Shown: positions 24,801 through 38,289, numbered from the whole stretch's first letter. The stretch is 63,231 nt of DNA, filler included, from Rhabdomonas costata (GCA_019059605.1; 18 parts of 18 records of this genome joined end to end with filler, not necessarily neighbours in it), one strand, 5' to 3'. The notes: generated by a model from the sequence alone, not told the origin. A program made the numbers and translations.

Positions 24801-27800
24801 GGAGCGGGAAGTCGAACATTCTGGACGCGATCTGCTTCGTGCTGGGAATTTCCGTTCTGAGCCAGGTCCGCGTGAACTCCCTGCAGGAGTTGATCTACAA
24901 GCAGGGCCAGGCCGGGGTGACCAAGGCCAGCGTGACGATCGTCTTTGACAACCGCGACAAGAGGCCCGGGCAGTGTCCCGTGGGTTACGACCAGGACGAG
25001 CTCACGGTGACCCGCCAGGTGGGAATATAGGCTTTCCCCAAGAGAAGCATTTGTAAATTGATGCACCCTGAATAATCGGTTTTTTTACTTGGTGCTTCTT
25101 TGTTTTCTGCATATTCGGTTTTCAAGCGCTGCGAGCTTTTGACGTAGAAGGGAACCCTTCAGCAGTCAAACAATTGATACATGTTCAGCAATTATCCGAT
25201 TTCCAGTCCAGCTATACCGCCACTCCCAAAAGCCTCAGACCTTCTTCTTCCTCCTATTCTTCGATGCGTTCCCCATTGCTGCCTTGCCTGCCTGCCTGCC
25301 TGCCTTCCCGGACCTGTGGGGATCTGGCTAAAATAGGGCCCCTGCAAGCTGGGATGGTGACTTTGCACGCCCACGTCCTTTTTTGAATGCACAGCTGCCT
25401 TGCTGCCTTGCCTGTTTTTCTTGTTCGTAATTTGCGTTCAGACCATCGTCGGAGGCCGGAACAAGTATCTCATCAACGGCAGACTCGCCCAGCACAACGC
25501 GGTGCAGGCGCTGTTCCACTCCGTTCAGCTCAACGTGAATAACCCTCACTTTCTGATCATGCAAGGCCGCATTACCAAGGTGACCCCATCCCTCTTGTTT
25601 ACGCTTGAAAAGGGTTTTCACTTGCTGTGGCTGATTTCTGTCGAGCCCTCCCAACGGTGAGTCGGGCCTCTGCTTTTTCCTTTTGCGAGTTGTTGGGAGC
25701 GTTTTCTTTTCGTTGCATATCCTTTGAGGTTCTTGGATTCTCGGCCGCAGCATCAAAATTCTTGTCGTAGGTTCTGAACATGAAGCCTGCGGAAATTCTC
25801 GGGCTGATGGAGGAGGCTGCGGGAACCCGAATGTTTGAGATGAAGAAGGTGCAGGCCCGGAAGACGATTGAGAAAAAAGAACGCAAGTTGGAGGAGATTA
25901 ACCAAGTATCCTTTCTGCATACCCCCACCCACCTCCCTCTCCTTGCCTTTCAAAATTGTTTTTGAAATTGGGACAGGGATAAGCTCATTTCCCGTTTCCC
26001 TTGATTCGGCTGTTCATTGTGGTGGACTTTCGGTTGCGAGGTTGGGCTTTCTGTCGGCAGCTGTTAAGAGGAAGTTCGAATTGTGTGAGGCCTTCTTCCA
26101 GTGGTTAAAAGAGGTGGGACGCGGGTGGGCATGCGGGTGATTCTATACAGCCAAGCCTCTCAGATTGATATCCTTGGTGCTTCTTCTTTTTGGATTTTGT
26201 GGGGACATGGATTTTTATCTCTCGTGCGGCTCCGCTAAGCCTTGTGCCTTTTTGGGGGTATGGGGAACAGGTGATGCAAGAGGAGATCCAGCCGAAGCTC
26301 GAGCGGTTGCAGAAGCAGCGGCAGGATTACGAACTCTTTTTCAAAAACAAGGCGGAGCTGAACAAGCTGCAGCGATGGGTGGTGGCCGCAACGTACTCCC
26401 GCAACCTGGTAAGAACATAGCCCCCCTCCACCCCACACTCCCCCGCATCTCCTTTACGGAGATATGCTCTTGGCCCCCGTGGCCACCATGGATAATATTG
26501 TTTCATGCCCACGCTTTATGAGCTCACAGTCCCTTTTGTTTGCCAATACACCTCATACGATGACGATGTGATGGCTAAGTCACTGACCAATTAGCTTCGA
26601 GACGAGATATTAGCATCTATTTGCATCGTGGCGGTATTTGTTTGGCCTACTGGGCTCATTTCCGTTTCGGAACATGCGTCGCACTTTTCTGGACACGTCT
26701 GCTTTTTCCTGGGATGTGGTCCACCAGACCTCCGCGGACACGGCCCGGGACAAGCTAAAACAGAACGAGAAGCGAGTAGAAGACTCCCGTGAGCGCCTGG
26801 GCACGTGCGCGGTGGACCAAAAGCGCCTTCAGGAGGAGATCAAGGGGCTTAGGGAGAAGCTCGCTAAGGTCGATTGCGCATTCTTCTCTGCTTTCTTATA
26901 TTACTTTTTCCGCTTCATGTTTCGCCTGACTGTGGTTGTGCTCTGAGCTTGGTGCCCAATTCGATGCAGTGTTTCCGACTGCGTGTCCAGTTTCAGGTCC
27001 TAACACTGCATAAGGGCCGGCTTTGGTTTTCCTGACTTCAAGTAGTTCCCTCTTTCATGGTTCTGTCTCGCTACCAATTTTGAGACACGGAGAAGGTGTG
27101 GAAGTGAGGCTTCACTCAGCGGTGCGGTGACGAATGCAGGGCCAGCTGGCGGGCCTTTTTTCGAGACAGAGGTGAGTTGTCTCAGTGAACTTGCCTGGTT
27201 ATTTTAGCTCAACCTTTTTAACTGGGGCATATGTTCCAGGAGAAGCAAGTCCGGACGATGGAGCTGGAGAAGAAGGAGCGTGCCCTGGGCAACCAAGTGG
27301 TGCTCGCAAGCACCGTGCTGGAAAACCGCCAAAAGGAGGTTAGCTCGGATGCTCAGCAGGTTACCGAGACGGCCGGTGCCATCGCTGAGGTCCCTATCCT
27401 TCGCCCGCCAAATGCCACCATTACCACGCAGTTGCACTCGCTGCCACCCTGCGCACACATGCAAGTTGGGATTTGAGGCTGGGCCATCACACAGCATACC
27501 ATGGGATTGGCGCTGTAGCACTTGTCCCCTTTCCCACCAATTGTGCACCTTTGCAGCTGAAGAAGAACCTCACTGCCAAGCAGAAGGAGCGGGACCACGC
27601 CCAGTCCGCCTTCGACGCCGCCTCCGAAAAGATCGAGAAGTTCAGCCAGCCACCCTCCCTCTCTCCCCGCCTCTCTGCGCCTGAGAAATTTGATTTACGC
27701 CTTACTTTGCTTTTTGTTTTGTCCCCTTCCACGTGAAGTGAAGTATTGTGTGTGTATTATGTGACGCTTTTTTTTTTGAGAGAGAGAGAGAGAGAGAGAG

Positions 27801-27949
27801 AGGAGGCTGAGTTCCGTACGGTGCCACTTCTCCACGATTGGCTCACAGGCTGAGCCGTCAGCTGGTGAATTCCCAGAAGCAGGTCGAGCTACTGAAGTCT
27901 GGAGTGGCCGCTGGGGACGACGGGCAGAGCCTCACCGAAGCCCTCATGG
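24801..27949 (+). CDS. SMC2: Condensin subunit SMC2, N-terminal part (exons 24801-25018, 25442-25579, 25771-25905, 26271-26408, 26728-26868, 27240-27389, 27557-27639, 27849-27949)
   Basis: [69 protein letters not shown] and [10 protein letters not shown] are SMC2 signatures. All junctions are in phase. Confidence 0.97.
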
Positions 27950-29096
27950 GTATGTGCGTTTTTGCGCTGCGGATTGGGAAGCTGCGACGTGTGTGTGTTA
28001 GGGGTGTCTACGTGTGTGTACCNNNNNNNNNNNNNNNNNNNNNNNNNNNNNNNNNNNNNNNNNNNNTTAATTAATTAANNNNNNNNNNNNNNNNNNNNNN
28101 NNNNNNNNNNNNNNNNNNNNNNGGGGTGGGGGGCGAAAGGACTGGGACAGGCGGCAGCAACCTTTTCATAATGCCACCTGCAAGTTTGGTGGACCAATAT
28201 GTGCAGGAAGAGAAATGTGAGAGCGAGTCAAGACGCGAAAGAATGAGGGGAACCCTGCACTGGGCGCTCGACCCTATAACAAAGCAAAGACAACACAGTC
28301 ACCGCAAAGGCTCTGGCTCCGCGGCCTTCGCTGCCGAGCGGCCTTTGTCCTTGGCATCCCAAGGTAGTGCCAAGGTGTACCTGGCACCAAGTGGTCTCGA
28401 ACGAAACTTTTCACCGTGGCTTGTTTGTATGCCGCGATGCATCATCGGAAAAGGTGAGGATGGGGCCCATTAAACAGTATAAAATGCCGAGGCACACAGG
28501 GAATTTAAATTCCTCTTTATTGGTATATCTGGTGCTGTAGAGGACGGACATCAGGTGGTCAATTCGGTGACTTTTCTCGGGAAGGGCGACGAACGGTCCA
28601 CAGGAGAAGGCCCACTACTAATGGGACAGAGTTATTTTAGCAGCGGGCGGCTCCGGTCGCTGCGGCGCGACCAGCGGACGGCTGAGGCGGAAACATTGTC
28701 TTGGGGAGTTTTCATGGACGTGCCCACCAAAACTGTTGTTAAATCCCCCACCATGAGGTGGAGAAACTCACTACAAATGGCACCAGTCGCCACAAGTCAC
28801 ACTAGTCACCCTCACAGCCACAGCATCTGACCCTTGTGCGCTGATCGAGTTCGCAATCGTCGTCTGTTAAGCAGGGGGTGCAGGGCTGCGGTTAAGAGAT
28901 AACTCTCCTTACCCAGCTCGCCAATCTCCTGTTGAACTGTCTACCCATCAAAACGTTCACGGGTCCCCAGCGAGGAATCCTGCACCCAGGACGTGCTGCA
29001 TGAAAGCACGTTCCGTGCATCGAAACCCCTCAGGGAACTGGGGCAGTTGCACCATGTGCTCGGTTCCCAGAAAAAGGTGCTGCACAACAAACACAC

Positions 29097-30743
29097 CCAG
29101 GAAGAAGTACAGCAGGTCGGCGTAGCCCAGGATGATCACCCCGGCATTCGCGATGGCCTCCCAATACGAAGGCGACCCACCGGCCTGCAGCAGGCCAGAC
29201 GCCAGCACGCACATCTCGTAGGCCAGGTTGGCGAACTCCCGGAACATCGGCACCCCTCCAATGTCAAAGATGGCACCTAAGCGGTTCTTCATCAAGTCAA
29301 TCGCCAGCAGGGTGAAGCTGAAAAGCGCCACTGAGGCAACCTGCGAAAGGAGCGGGGAGCAGCCCGGTTCACAGCTGGATTTTTGGCGACCTTCTGCATA
29401 CGGAACAAGAAAAACGGAAAAAATATCAGAGAGGAAGAATGGCTCTACGTGACGCTTGAACTTTCTCAAGCGTTACGTAGCAGCAGGAGTAATTTTCACG
29501 AAGTATGCTCACGTTTTCGGAGTGCCTGAAGAGATCAAGCCCAGTGATCATAAGGGTAGGGCCCTTCTGTTCCTTCTGGACCGCTAATCGCAGTGAATTT
29601 ACCAAAGGGCAAACACTTCCCAATCTGAGCAGATGCCACACGAGCTGGGCGCGCGGAACCTGCCCAACCAAACACAGATCCAGAGTTGGGGTTGACCATA
29701 TCACTGCCGCAGAGGAGGAGATGCTTTCGCCTGGTGAGCATGCCCTGTTTGCCACCGTTCTTGACTTTCTACTGTAACCTCTAACTTTTGAGCTTTTGAG
29801 GTGACAGGGGTCACATTTCTAGGGGCACAGCTAATTTTCGGCAGTCTCTTGATGTTACGCGCCGAGGACCACCACGACAAGGTTGGGGCCCCGGGGAACC
29901 AGGGTAGGGGCCCACGAGGGTCACTACGGAACATGGTGGCGGTTTCGATGACCTCAGTGGTGGCATGTAATTAGGGAAATGGCTGAGGATGGGAATGACA
30001 GAGGCCACGGCCGATGAGAAGCGGCCATTCCATTCCAGCACACGCCGTAAATACCCCGGTCATCAGAACGTAGTCCGCCGGGGAGTATCGGGCCACGCGG
30101 TGCGTCACGAAGGCCGCCGTGAGCAGCGCGGTGTGCAGCAGGGCGATCACGAACTGTCCCCGGAAAACCGGCCTGGCCAGGTAGGTCCACTTCTTATCCG
30201 CGAGGTTGGCAATCACGGGGTGGTCCAGGATCTGCACCCCCGAATCAAAAGGGAAGAGAGACATCTTCATGCCTGAACATGGCTTCGAACGTGACGGCTC
30301 GGCATCAGCCGTTTTCGATCAACGATTTCTTTCACTCGACATAGCGGAAACCGAGAGAGAGTCCCAACTCTTCGGCAGAAAGGCGTCATTCCAACCCGCG
30401 ACAGAGTGGTACAGAAACCCGGCCCCGTGCTCCCAAGTCCATTTCCCTCAAAAGAATTGGGATAACGCTCCCACGGCTGTGGGGATGGAGTGAGGAAGGA
30501 AGGAGTGCCATCGAGTACCCGGAGTTGAGCGTCCAACCGGCTGTTCCACGTGTACCTCGCCAGAACATCCAGCACACACGGGGCGTCGGGGTACCGCCCG
30601 GTGTAGAAGAAAGTCGGGAAGTTGTCCAGGTCCTGCAGGCTGTACAGCTGGGCCTCCATGCCGGCGTAGGTGTACAACTTAATGCACCGGCGCCGCAGCA
30701 CAAGCTCCATCACCTCCAGCCGCCCCAGCTCTGCAGCCAACAC
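29097..30743 (-). CDS. TRPV-like cation channel, last ankyrin repeat to about S4 (exons 30743-30519, 30231-30055, 29340-29097)
   Basis: LAAELGRLEVMELVL...LYTYAG...LYSLQDLD...VLDVL / ILDHPVIANLADKKW..ARPVF plus TM helices / ILGYADLLYFFLG parallels TRPV LAA..G...W.YGP...LYDL..ID / P+..LL..KW / LGW.N.LY+.RG. Confidence 0.75.
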
Positions 30744-32020
30744 CTGAGAGAGACAGGGTTTCTCGAATATGAAAAGCACGTTTCCAATGGTCACCGGGAG
30801 AGGTGCGATGCTGTGATGGAGCTACTTGGTCTCGTAAGTTTTGCAAAGTTACCAAAGGCGCCTCAGTGCCCCCATCAAAACCCATGGGGGACAATCACAG
30901 GACATCGCAGATATATAAGGCCTGAGACACAGGCTGTGCGGGGGCTAGTTTCCATCACAACATGGCAGTAATGTCCACCTTGTGCCGAGACAGACATCCC
31001 ACCTCACCCTTCCTCAGTTGACCACCCCATCTAGTCATAGCAGCTACTCTAACATGCAAAACGCAAACAAGGGTCGGCAGCAAGGTACACCGCAAACATC
31101 TCACCCACAACAGTACAACGTGATGCGTTTTGTATCTTGAAATGACGAAATCCCCCGACCTCATCCCGTCTCTTCCAGTCATTGTTAATTTGCTAATGAT
31201 CCTAATTTTCGGATCTACCACTCGAGATGAAAGCACACCAAGCGGCGAAGAAGAAATGCAATCCTGTATGTCCGGAGTCCCACCCGAAAGCAACAGAACA
31301 AAATAAAGAACCAGAGAGAGGAAACCAACAGTGCAGCCATGCACAGACCACGGGTGTCATCTCGTACGCACTAAGTTGGCAGCAGGGGTCATGCTTTGGG
31401 TGAATCTTCCGTGGGCCCTGTTTGGGAAACCAAAAAAGCAACATGAGGCCAGAAATCCCAAGGAAGTAAAAAATGAGCACAGCGTGGCGCCCAACGAGCA
31501 CAGCGCAGCGGGGTCAACCCACCCCCAAAAACNNNNNNNNNNNNNNNNNNNNNNNNNNNNNNNNNNNNNNNNNNNNTTAATTAATTAANNNNNNNNNNNN
31601 NNNNNNNNNNNNNNNNNNNNNNNNNNNNNNNNGGGTGGGTGTTTGGCATAACCGGTCCCAGCTCTTCCGGTCTTTGCTGCTCACCCCTGGGGGGCTTTGC
31701 AGGTGATAGCCTCGCCCTTGCTTGCCAAAAGAAAAGAGTGGAAAAGAGTGGCCTGTGTTAGTAAGTTCTGGTTGACAGGGTACAGAAACCGACTGTTCAT
31801 CCCTTACGTTACGGTTGTTTCGTGTGCAGGTTTTTGTTTCGCTCAGCTCTAAGAAAATGTTATTTAAATGGTCGTCCACATTCAAGAGGTGGTCTGCTTT
31901 ACATGAAAGCCATGAAGTCTTTGAATAATTGAACGTGTTCTCTCAGACAGGTTCTCGGTGCAACTTTCCGAAGCTCCCGAATGAATTCTTCCCCGCTCTT
32001 TTTTTCCCCACCGTGTGCAG

Positions 32021-32310
32021 GTAATGGGGGTAGCCTTCTCCGCTGCAAATGGCCAGCCCGTGGTCGCCACCGCCTCCGGAGATCGCACTGCTTGCGTATG
32101 GCCCGAGAAGGGCGGGCCTGCTCTGGTCGTACTGCGAGGCCTTGAGGGCTTTCTGAGCTCTGTGCACTTTAGCGAAGGGGAAAGCGTGCGGTGACGGGCT
32201 CTTGTGACAAATCCGCCCGAGTGTGGGACTGGCTCACGGGACGTGAGCTGCTACGGTTCGAGCACGATGCTTTGGTGTGGCCCGTGCACTTCAGCCCGGA
32301 CAACACAAAG
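32021..32310 (+). CDS. WD40-repeat exon (two repeats, 1-nt frameshift at about 32177-32180)
   Basis: VMGVAFS...VATASGDRTACVW...LSSVHFSE(x)GKRAVTGSCDKSARVWDWLTGRELLRFEHDALVWPVHFSPDNTK. A polypyrimidine tract and AG lie at 32020. Confidence 0.85.
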
Positions 32311-32978
32311 GCATGTGCAGTGATCTATTTTTTCCTTCGTTTCCGTTTGCCTCCACGTGTGCACTCAGAACTGTTTGCGCAGGGTCTACGGAGTGTCTGG
32401 AGATGTTCTGCGTAGTCCTCATCGAATTTTGAAGCTTTGCACCACGCTCTTGTGTGCGTTTCGTTTACGTTGTGGGGCATAGTTATGGAGCATTTGTGCC
32501 TGCTTGGAGAATTGTTCTCCCGACTTTTTTGTGGTGGTGTATACTAGAAAATTGTTCTGTTTGCAACAGTTTTCAGCGTATATCGAGGTTTTCATCAGCG
32601 GTTGTGTTAACCAAAGAAGTTTCTTGGATCTTGGGAGCACGTTAAACAGCAGAGGGCAACATTGCAGCCTTCTCATTGACCTCAAATGCCAAAAATGCCG
32701 AGAATAATCGGCAAAATAAACGCGAAACGTAATTGTGCACAAAGTGCTATATTCTAAATGCTGTGCAGAGCCACCAGGCGATATTCCAGTTTGTCGCAGT
32801 TGCTTCCAGGTTCTAGTACTGTCCAGTTTTGCCTTGCTGGTCCCAGCGAACTTTTGGCGCTTCGAATTTGCTTTGCCTTTCACCACCTTTGTGTGTGTGT
32901 CCTTTTCCCACTTGATAGGTTTCCAGTTTTTTTTGAGCGCATTATCAGTAATCTATGGATTATGTGCCTTGCACAAAG

Positions 32979-33752
32979 GTTTCTTGGAGCGAGATCGATA
33001 GTGAGTCGAGGCACACACCCCACGTCGCACCTCCCCCGCCCCTGCTCAGCCCACTAGCTGCGTTGGAATCTGTTTTGCTCGTCCAGAAGGAGGGAAATGA
33101 GCACAAGCGAGTGCTGCGAAAAGTGACAGGAGACCGGCTCTCGATGACTGTAGGGGTTACCTGTGTGATGCCCGTCACGCTGGACTTCCTGGAGCGAGTG
33201 GCGAGGCCACTGTACAGGGCACTTCTGGAGGATCCGGTGATCACGAAGGCACTAATTTTGCTGCCTCCAGAGTCCTACCACGTCACTCTCTGCCCCTTGG
33301 AGTGGTCCATAGCGCACCAGATGCCACGTAAGGCCCCTGCCGTGCTGCAGTCTCTTGCGGAGCTGCAGGCTGCCCTTGACGGACTGCTGATCGCGGGAAG
33401 GCATTCGGCTTCACTGGAGTTCACGGTGGAATCCTGTAACCAAAACATGGGCAGCCTGGACTGCGCGCCGGTATCAGCGGAGCAGGAGAATCTGCTTCGT
33501 TCTCTGGAGAGCTTTGTGGTCACCAAATGGGAGGCTCCCCAGCCCGTGCCTCGCCGGAACCGGGAGAGAGTGCAGCGGTGGCACCTGTCGCTGTGCTACG
33601 AGAAGGAGGGATGCACCCTTGAAGAGGAGGGGCTTGCCAAGGCAGCTCTGGCACGCTACGTCACGAGGCTGTTCGGCAGCACGGTTTCCGCGCTTGCCCC
33701 CCGTGTGTGCTGGTACCACTCGATGGCCGAGTTTGTGCCTTTGTTTGTGTAA
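32979..33752 (+). CDS. 2H phosphoesterase (DUF1868-like) domain, terminal exon(s); possible in-frame intron 33001-33057
   Basis: Two HxT/S motifs (LPPESYHVTL, RWHLSLCY), N-terminal GVTCV and C-terminal YHSMAEFVP. AG acceptors at 32978 and 33057, gtgagt donor at 33001. Confidence 0.75.
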   Translation, partial: VSWSEIDSESRHTPHVAPPPPLLSPLAALESVLLVQKEGNEHKRVLRKVTGDRLSMTVGVTCVMPVTLDFLERVARPLYRALLEDPVITKALILLPPESYHVTLCPLEWSIAHQMPRKAPAVLQSLAELQAALDGLLIAGRHSASLEFTVESCNQNMGSLDCAPVSAEQENLLRSLESFVVTKWEAPQPVPRRNRERVQRWHLSLCYEKEGCTLEEEGLAKAALARYVTRLFGSTVSALAPRVCWYHSMAEFVPLFV

Positions 33753-36700
33753 GGCTGCTCAACGCGCAGTTCGTTCATGGCTGCGTTTCATGATAACTGC
33801 TGGAGATGTTTGTCTGTTGCAGTTGGAGTCTGCCCTTCTGCGTCCTTTCATAGTTTTTCAAGGAAGTTAGGAACTGTGAATGCTCGCAACCCCACAAATC
33901 ACTCTACGTAGACAGAAAGCATGTCACCCATGTCACCCACAAGTTATTTTCCCGTCTTACCCTTCGAGTGAGCTGAGGTCAAATGTTGGTGTCGAAGTCA
34001 GCGTTTTGTGCACCTTGTTGTAGCTCCCCAGGCAAGACCAGCATCGCAAGTATTTTGCGAAACTCACTTGCAATTTTTTTTTACATCCGTCGCTCCCCAA
34101 AACGTTCCTCCTTGCGTCTCGCGCGCATTTTCCACATTGAACTCTCTCAGCCTCATACCCTTTGAGTGATTGCCCTGTACGGCTTTTCTTTGAGAGCCGC
34201 TGCCTTTCCCCATCCCCGCAATCCGGTCATCTCAATCGTTTGCTAACCCCTCAGCTGTACAACGGGCGCTGGGGCTTTTGGCACACCCGATTCCTAGATA
34301 TTGGTTGTTCTAGACGTTCTTCGTGTCCAGACATTTACTATGGTGTCTCAATATACACCAGCAAAAAATAATACTAAAGAGAAATGAAATGCACATGAAT
34401 GCGAATGCGATTGTTTCATCGTTGAAGTGGAAGCTCCCATGCTTCCATGGCTTTCAGGATATCTTTTCGCTGCTGTAAACAGCACGGAACTGTGATCAGC
34501 TCAGCTTCCTGAATTGTAGCTAGTGCCTTTTTCTTTTTTCACCATTCCGGTGAAAAATCGGGAATGAGCGTGCGCAACCTCCCCAGCTCAACCACTACAC
34601 ACACACAGCAAGGCTTTCCGACTGCAATCGGACTTTAACTCTCTATACACCATATACGGTGTGACTTCCTCTGCCACCGACGGTACTGTCCCCTCGTTTG
34701 TTTTTTCCTGAGAGAGATCCCTCCCTGTGTTTGTGTGTCTCGCCGCAACTCGCCCCCCAATCCCCAGACCCCCACACACTGCCGCTGTCACGTTGGCTGC
34801 CGGTTGATGGGGATCTGCCCGTGCTGTCCCTGTGGGCCTGGGTCCGGCCTTCCCCTGGGCACGGAATCCCCGTCCAGAGGTGTTTGCCAGAATTAATTGC
34901 ACAAACGGTTTCCAAGCATTGCGGTTAAGCGCATGCAGTGCAAAGGGTTAAAGACCGAACCAATGACTGATTCTCTCGACAGCAACAGATACACACACGT
35001 CACAGCCGTGCTCGACCCAACAGGCCCCCGACACCCCCCCNNNNNNNNNNNNNNNNNNNNNNNNNNNNNNNNNNNNNNNNNNNNTTAATTAATTAANNNN
35101 NNNNNNNNNNNNNNNNNNNNNNNNNNNNNNNNNNNNNNNNCATGCGTTTGCACTTGTTGGTGTGCCTTTCTGTGTGCCTCTCTCGTTACCTTTGTGCTGT
35201 GATTGTTATTTTGCTGCTGCCCTGCGCCGCGGTGTGGGTGACTCCTTGCGGGATTTCCGTTTGCATGGTTTCCTTTTCCCCCTCCTGTGCCCTAATGTGC
35301 TGCCTGATTGACGGTTCCCCCGTGCCCCTTAGTAGAACTTTCGTGCCTGCATTCGGTTTTGAAATACCGAATGCATCTGAGACCCAGGAAGAAGGGAGGG
35401 TTCGGCAGAGTCGGCCCGCTTGGCAACTGAGGTTGAGACGTCGATGACTTAATCGTCACCGCCAACTCGGGCTCGCTGTGTTCGCTGTGATTTGTGATTG
35501 AGTTTCAGAATATGCCGTTCAGGAACACACCGCTTTCCTTGCATGCATACATGCTTTTGGGGGCGTTTCCGCGAACGTCCTTTTTGGCCTCGTTCGATCG
35601 GGCAAATTTCGGTCGATCGAACATAGCTACACTGGACACGCATGACCGCACGATCGTGTAACTGAGGGTTTGTGCTTTGATTTTCGTATGTGAAACGATA
35701 TGTGAAATGATGGGATGAACGCAACAAGGATTTCAATTAAATGCGAAGAATTCGGTTTTGTCTTCGAAGAAATCCTAAACGACTGCATGATTTTGCATTA
35801 TTGTTCTTTTCTTCGATTACAAAGAATTCGGTTTCTCTGGCCGAGCCAGCCGACCTCGACGATCAGGTGTGCGTGTGTGTGTGCGTGTGTGCTCGGTGTC
35901 TGGTTTATATCCCAATATCCCAGGTTGATGGCAGGGTCCTGCGACACTCACTTCAGCAGCGGAGCTGGAACTCGCACCTGCTACGTGAATGCACATGTGG
36001 ACCCCAACCCCTGAGCCCGGAGCTCCTCCACCTGGGTTGCGGGGACTCCTCCCGGGCTGTTCCAGGCAGCACCCAGCCGGAAGGGCTTCATCCGTGGCTC
36101 TATCTGCACGCTTCGCTGAAGCAAAGCGGCGCTGTCCCATACGAGGCCGAGGTAGCAGCGAGCTCGGGACCGTAAGAGACCCGAGGAAGTTCACAACAGC
36201 TTGACTCGCAGTTCTTCTAAGACCAACGACTCTCACCCTCGGGAGTGTACGATGCGAGGCAGGATCCATGAGGACAGGCGCTTGGGATCAGCCGACTCTG
36301 GACGAATTGTTACCGGTCCTTCAGGTGTCTCCAAAGAAAGAAATACAAAGGACAGAGGTCCAGTCCCTTTGGAGATCACTGTCCCTGGGAAGGCTCCAGC
36401 AAGAAATTGCTGTGTGGTGAGGCACCAAGTACCACCATCGTGCATCACCATTACACCATGATTGTTGGCATGATTTTCTGTCTCTCCCCTGACAATCCTC
36501 ATAATACGGGCTACCATGCCCCATATTTTGCTTCGCTTTGAACCCAACCCATTTTGGGTCGGTTGCCCCACTTTGAAAACGCCGGTGAGCGCGCCTTTCG
36601 TGCTTTTATCATTGTGATCGTGTTTCGTACTTGTGCGATTATTTTGTGGTCTTTCCTGTTGTGATTGTCATGGCGTTTTTCCATGCCCCGCAAAGTGCCC

Positions 36701-38289
36701 TTTGTTTGTTTGCTTGTTTGGCATGTTTCTTTTTAAAAAGTTGTTTAGGAGGAACCATTTTTGCAATTATAGCCTTGTCTTTACAGTGACAGTTAACCAC
36801 AAGCAATGGTCGAGACGAGACGAAAGTTGCCACGTTGATATGGAAAACTGGAGTGACAGTGTGCAGAGTGTCAGAACTGACACCCAACCAGTAATAATGG
36901 ATTCGGCACGGGCAAAGGCAGCTCTGAAAAACGTCAAAAAAAAACTTCGCATCAGGGAAATATTTAACTGCAAGGAAGGCCAACTCAGCGTCCGCGAATG
37001 GGGGGGGGGACAGGTTCGCTCTCTCCAGCTCCTGGTTTTAGAAAAAGCCAGGCGCCTTCCACACTTCTCTCATACCCAGGCCTTCGATCGCGTTAGATGG
37101 ACCAAAGATAAAAAATGCTAGAGCAGCTAAACAACCACCTATACGACTGAGATCCGCGCCCGAATAAAAAGCACGGAAATCGACGCACGTTCGGTCAGGC
37201 TTGAGCCTGAGTTCAGCTTTCCATTTGACCGTTTTACCAGGAGGCATCGCAGGGTATCCGATACCCAGATCCGGAATGGATCTTTCATTCCACCATGAGT
37301 TGTGGTTCGTAGTACCGAACGAAGCGGATAATCCGTGACCCTGAAACTTCAGCGAGGCTCGACTTCCACCCAACCTCGCCCTTCAAAACGGGCGGAAAAC
37401 CACACTTCAAAACCAGCAGCTCGAGGTGGAGTTGAAGTATCCTTTAATTTCTTCTGGAGCGAGGTGCAGATCTTGTGAAGGAGACAAAGATCGCCTAAGA
37501 GAATTACATTTGAGACATTTAAGACATGTGTTTACACTCTTCTGCCGACCACTTGGATCTCAGCCTGCCGCACCAGACGCGAATCTACTAATACAATATC
37601 TTCCACATTGCATCGTTACGAATCGGAGAGAAAGGGACGATCCACCTCACGCAGGCCTCATGGCGCTCACGCGCTCGTGCCATCGGCGCAGCCGCCGTGA
37701 CAAGCAGGTGTCACAAGGTCCTTTCCGACAGTTGGGGAGTGGTTGACTAGTGCGTTCGGGGGAATTTCGGTGAAAACTATCGCACTCGGCAGCTCATGGT
37801 AGGACCGGTGAGGCATCAACGCCACCCGGACGGGCAAGGCAAAGTCTTTGTATGCACGAACAGAAAAGATGATAAGGCCCCAGGACGGCCAATTAACACT
37901 GAAAGGTACACGGTCACTGCAAACAGCCGCCTCCCGGCCAGCTTCCGGCACCCCACGACAAGGGTAGCACAAGCGAAGGGGCGCTATTGTGACTCCAGAG
38001 CTGAGAATATCAGGATTTGTTGCTCGTGACAAGACCACTTTCGTTGAGAATCAATGAGAAAATGACAGGAACGGCAGAGAGACAGAGCTTTTGGAAGCCT
38101 CTACTCAGCGGGGAAATTCCACGGTTCGGATAATGGGCAGCATTAACCTATCACCAGGGAAAGACAGCGGAGAGAAAGCCGAAAGTACCGACCTGGCCTG
38201 GGTTCTTCGGCGCGTTCTTCTTCCTTGCCAGTGCCGACACACATTTATGCGCGCGCACATTATATCCAGACACCAACACATTTAGTCAC

